A stretch of DNA of 64,000 nucleotides from Basidiobolus meristosporus CBS 931.73 (lineage: Eukaryota; Fungi; Basidiobolomycota). A program made the position numbers and the translations under genes. The notes under the pieces were generated by a model that saw only the letters and a list, made by a program, of their open reading frames with translations, did no database searches and was not told the origin of the DNA. Below are positions 62,201-64,000 of this stretch, one piece after another (position 1 is the first letter of the stretch; each line of letters begins with the position of its first letter). Where the stretch lies: the NCBI GenBank assembly GCA_002104905.1, contig MCFE01000503.1:1543-65542 (forward strand). The letters are read 5' to 3'.

Positions 62201-62524
62201 TGGGTCGCCAAGGAGGTGTCCCCTCAGCTTTGCCAAGAATTGTTCGATGTTCCATCGTACGATGCTATCCGACCTGGCCGCACCACCCTTCCCATCCTTG
62301 ATACTAACTTCTCCTCCCGAGTTCAACTTATCATCTCCAAGATCAGAGAGGCAAACAGATATATCTACTACCCACAAGTCTATGTTGTGAAAGAGGAGAG
62401 TGACCCGTCCCTACGACTCTGGTTCCTTTCCCACTTGATCGAGGACCGTGCCAACAATGTTATGAGCTATCAGCAGTTCTTGAACCACCTGAAAGACAAA
62501 GTGAACACCGGCACTTTCAAATAA
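59231..62524 (+). CDS. SEC24: COPII coat subunit Sec24, 1097 aa, intronless CDS
   Basis: P/Q-rich N-terminus, zinc finger RCRRCRTYLNPF..WKCNMC, trunk PPVYLFLIDVS, VLRVRASKGL, gelsolin-like C-terminus, SYQQFLNHLKDKV. Confidence 0.97.
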   Translation: MSNAPPNNFPPPPGQTRSPRPPMSGPPSNYPPPGQSQSPRPPTAGSPRPPMGQPQRSPVMGGARPPMNGPRPSSPFPPQAKPGPPSAYSPMPPNSQPYGQAGSPPPNMRPPPQGAASPSFNHQNPAANMQPRPGSPGPQAQMAPRPMSPPLPQAQQPGPGQPGLMQRQFVPPVSGRSPVMQGAPVPSPRPPMHSPNAVPLMNPQQPIQSPQLNSFAPVQPDAAAPPGSPPANASSPGQRRRMYPEQIATAYTQGDANQQTNYPGPASGQSDPVPGAQGSQFFVPGLQGQTSPVMGYSQPQTPGYAGGQAYGQQFNNMQNQFNSMALGGQNQLFHTPLIGTPLNPAELDLPPPAINLPQGAAVTASPKTLCDPSLKRCTFNAIPQNSNILKKSKIPFGLILTPFKLDKQNPDDIPISHEIIRCRRCRTYLNPFIQFVDGGRRWKCNMCFFTNDVPSTFDYDIQSQQPIDRFQRPELTHSVVEYIAPAEYMVRAPQPPVYLFLIDVSHTAVQSGMVATAARTILESLDRIPNEDKRAKIGFITYDSALHFYNLNSELSEPQMLVVSDLEDPFIPMPNDLLVNLNEGRPIVESLLSRLGEMFKSTHNVSSVLAPALQAGLKLISAIGGKIIVLQNTLPTDKEGGLTAREDVKLLGTPKESNLLQPASQFYKPFAVDCSRAQVCVDTFIFGTQYIDFATLSGASRFSAGQSYFYPGFNAGKSEDAVKFANEFSEFLSCPAGLEAVLRVRASKGLRMTAYHGNFFLRSMDLLALPNVTPNHTYSVEVTIDEPIETSVACFQTALLHTSCNGERRIRVLTLGLPVANNISEVFKSADQVAIATLLARKAVERSLSTKLEDARDALINKCIDILGIYKTELTSVGTGASPQLQVCHNLKMLPLLVQALIKHVSLRGGSQTPSDVRSFAMSLVNTMPAELLMRYIHPRFYALHNMPPEVAVPTDDGSAVMMPQPLPLSSERLERNGLFLLESGQHIFFWVAKEVSPQLCQELFDVPSYDAIRPGRTTLPILDTNFSSRVQLIISKIREANRYIYYPQVYVVKEESDPSLRLWFLSHLIEDRANNVMSYQQFLNHLKDKVNTGTFK

Positions 62525-63233
62525 GTGGTCCCAACGAAGCCCTCCCCCCATTTTCGGAATACCTTCAGTATGATTCTTTATTTTTACCCTCAGTTTCGTT
62601 ATCAATTGTTTGCTTGTTCTCTTAACTTCAGTGCGCCGCTCAAACAATACCATCCTTTACCGCTTGTACGTTATATGAAATAATTTTCCATTCTATTTAA
62701 CTTTCTGAAATCGAGTGCTCTTCCACTAAATCGAGGAATTCCGGTACGAAATCAAGCAGAAAGTAATTGATTTCATTTTTTTTTTGAGACGACGCTGTGT
62801 AGAATTGAGATTCTCTTGTGAGGAGGGAATGGAGTTCGATTCTTATTATGTGCTGTTTGGTCGTGAAAATTCAAATAAACCGTGATTATTAGATCCTGCA
62901 TCTGCTGGTTGCCATGGTAGGGGTGGTATAGCTGGCCGTGGTCCATGTCGACCATCCCACCCAACGCATAGAAGCCCATTGGCTTCGTTGAGATCTCACA
63001 TGATCCAGAGGGTTGAGGGAACACAGCGCCTGGTTTGCTCGGCTGAGTCACTTTGGGTCAACCTATATAGATCATCACGTATTTGGGTTGATGGGTAATT
63101 TAGGATGGTAATCGAGCAAGCCGAAGGTATTTTCATGCGTAGGGGACCCTTTAAGGAGGGGCTGGTGGAGATTTGGTAGTAGTATTAAAAGTGCCAGTGG
63201 CTTCGATCTTTCTTCCAGTTGGTTCTTGTTGAA

Positions 63234-64000
63234 ATGCTTTTTAGAAGCTTAGCCGTCACCACCAGGCAGAAGGGGATCCAGGCGTTGGTAAGTTCTTGCT
63301 ATTTTCCCGTTGTGTCTGTATCGGTGTGCTGACGTTCTCTCAGAGGTCTGTCCAGCCTCGCACCTATCTACCGGCTGGCCAGTGCTTTTATTCCTCTTCC
63401 TCTTCCTCTTCCTCTTCGTCCAAACGTCAACCGCGCAGTAAGAAGCTACCTCCGTTACCCACTATACCAACCTTGACCCCTGAAGAGGCAGTCACCAACA
63501 TCATCTACAACACTCCTACACCCCCCCTCCGACCCACCTACCCGACACACCCTCAACTGCCTGGTACAGAACGAGCCGGGAGTTCTCTCCAGAGTCTCGG
63601 GGATTCTGGCCGCTAGAAACTTCAACATCGACTCCCTGGTCGTCGCCAAAACCGAAAGTCAGAGACCTCTCCAGAATGACCATCGTCCTGAGAGGGCAGA
63701 ACCAAAATATCGAGCAGGCGAAGAAGCAGCTGGAGGATTTGGTGCCTGTTTGGGCGGTTTTGGATTATTCTAACACCCGGATTGTTGAACGGGAGCTTTT
63801 ATTGGTCAAGGTGTCCATCTTCGGGCCGACCACGAACAGGCTATCTTTGAGGATGACACTCACAGCCATGTAAGTGGAACAGAGCAATCCTTATGCCTTG
63901 ACCCGTACTAACCCATCCAAACAGACTGACATGACCCCAGGCGATATCCTTCTCACTACCCACAAACACCTCCAGGCCATCCAAGAGCTAACCAAGCTGT
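63234..64000 (+). CDS. ILV6: Acetolactate synthase small (regulatory, ACT-domain) subunit with mitochondrial presequence; three single-base indels; 3' end outside the window
   Basis: Exon 1 63234-63287, exon 2 63344-63869, exon 3 from 63925; EEAVTNIIYNTP, HTLNCLVQNEPGVLSRVSGILAARNFNIDSLVVAKTE, LSRMTIVLRG..IEQAKKQLEDLVPVWAVLDY..ERELLLVKVS. Confidence 0.88.

Noticed and set aside
59912-62653. Minus-strand ORFs overlapping SEC24, and plus-strand ORFs overlapping TUP1 (54275-56352)
   Set aside because: Antisense shadows of GC-rich coding sequence with no recognisable motifs
62773-63051. 92-aa minus ORF or structured RNA between SEC24 and ILV6
   Set aside because: No ATG at the called start, no recognisable protein or ncRNA motif, and only weak pairing
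63391-63421. (TCCTCT)n repeat as a separate element
   Set aside because: It encodes the poly-Ser tract of the ILV6 presequence region

Overview
Fungal nuclear DNA; the short GT-AG introns and the TUP1/SEC24 style suggest an early-diverging lineage, which is inference only. The window has two sharply different domains. (1) Bases 1 to ~53,350 are an AT-rich, almost CpG-free block of nested, decayed transposons. It holds one dominant 4.7-kb Ty1/copia family ('copia-A': 349-bp TGTTG..CAACA LTRs, Ty5-like half-tRNA-iMet PBS, at least 8 copies or remnants), a full-length 5.6-kb CMC/EnSpm DNA transposon (CCCC termini, TT target duplication) plus several fragments, Ty3/gypsy pol remnants, and solo LTRs of several other families (4-bp or 5-bp TSDs). 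I found no intact TE ORF. (2) Bases ~53,360-64,000 are a CpG-normal housekeeping block: TUP1 (12 exons, minus), tRNA-Pro(CGG), SRP14 (minus), SEC24 (plus, intronless CDS) and the 5' part of ILV6 (plus, three single-base indels, runs off the window). Most notable: a self-nesting Ty5-like cluster with a methylation-type mutation footprint and an abrupt border (candidate centromere or heterochromatin island), and an 8.9-kb TSD-bounded quasi-palindrome ending in a fold-back LTR with near-identical arms. All coordinates were read by eye; fragment boundaries without a TSD are approximate.
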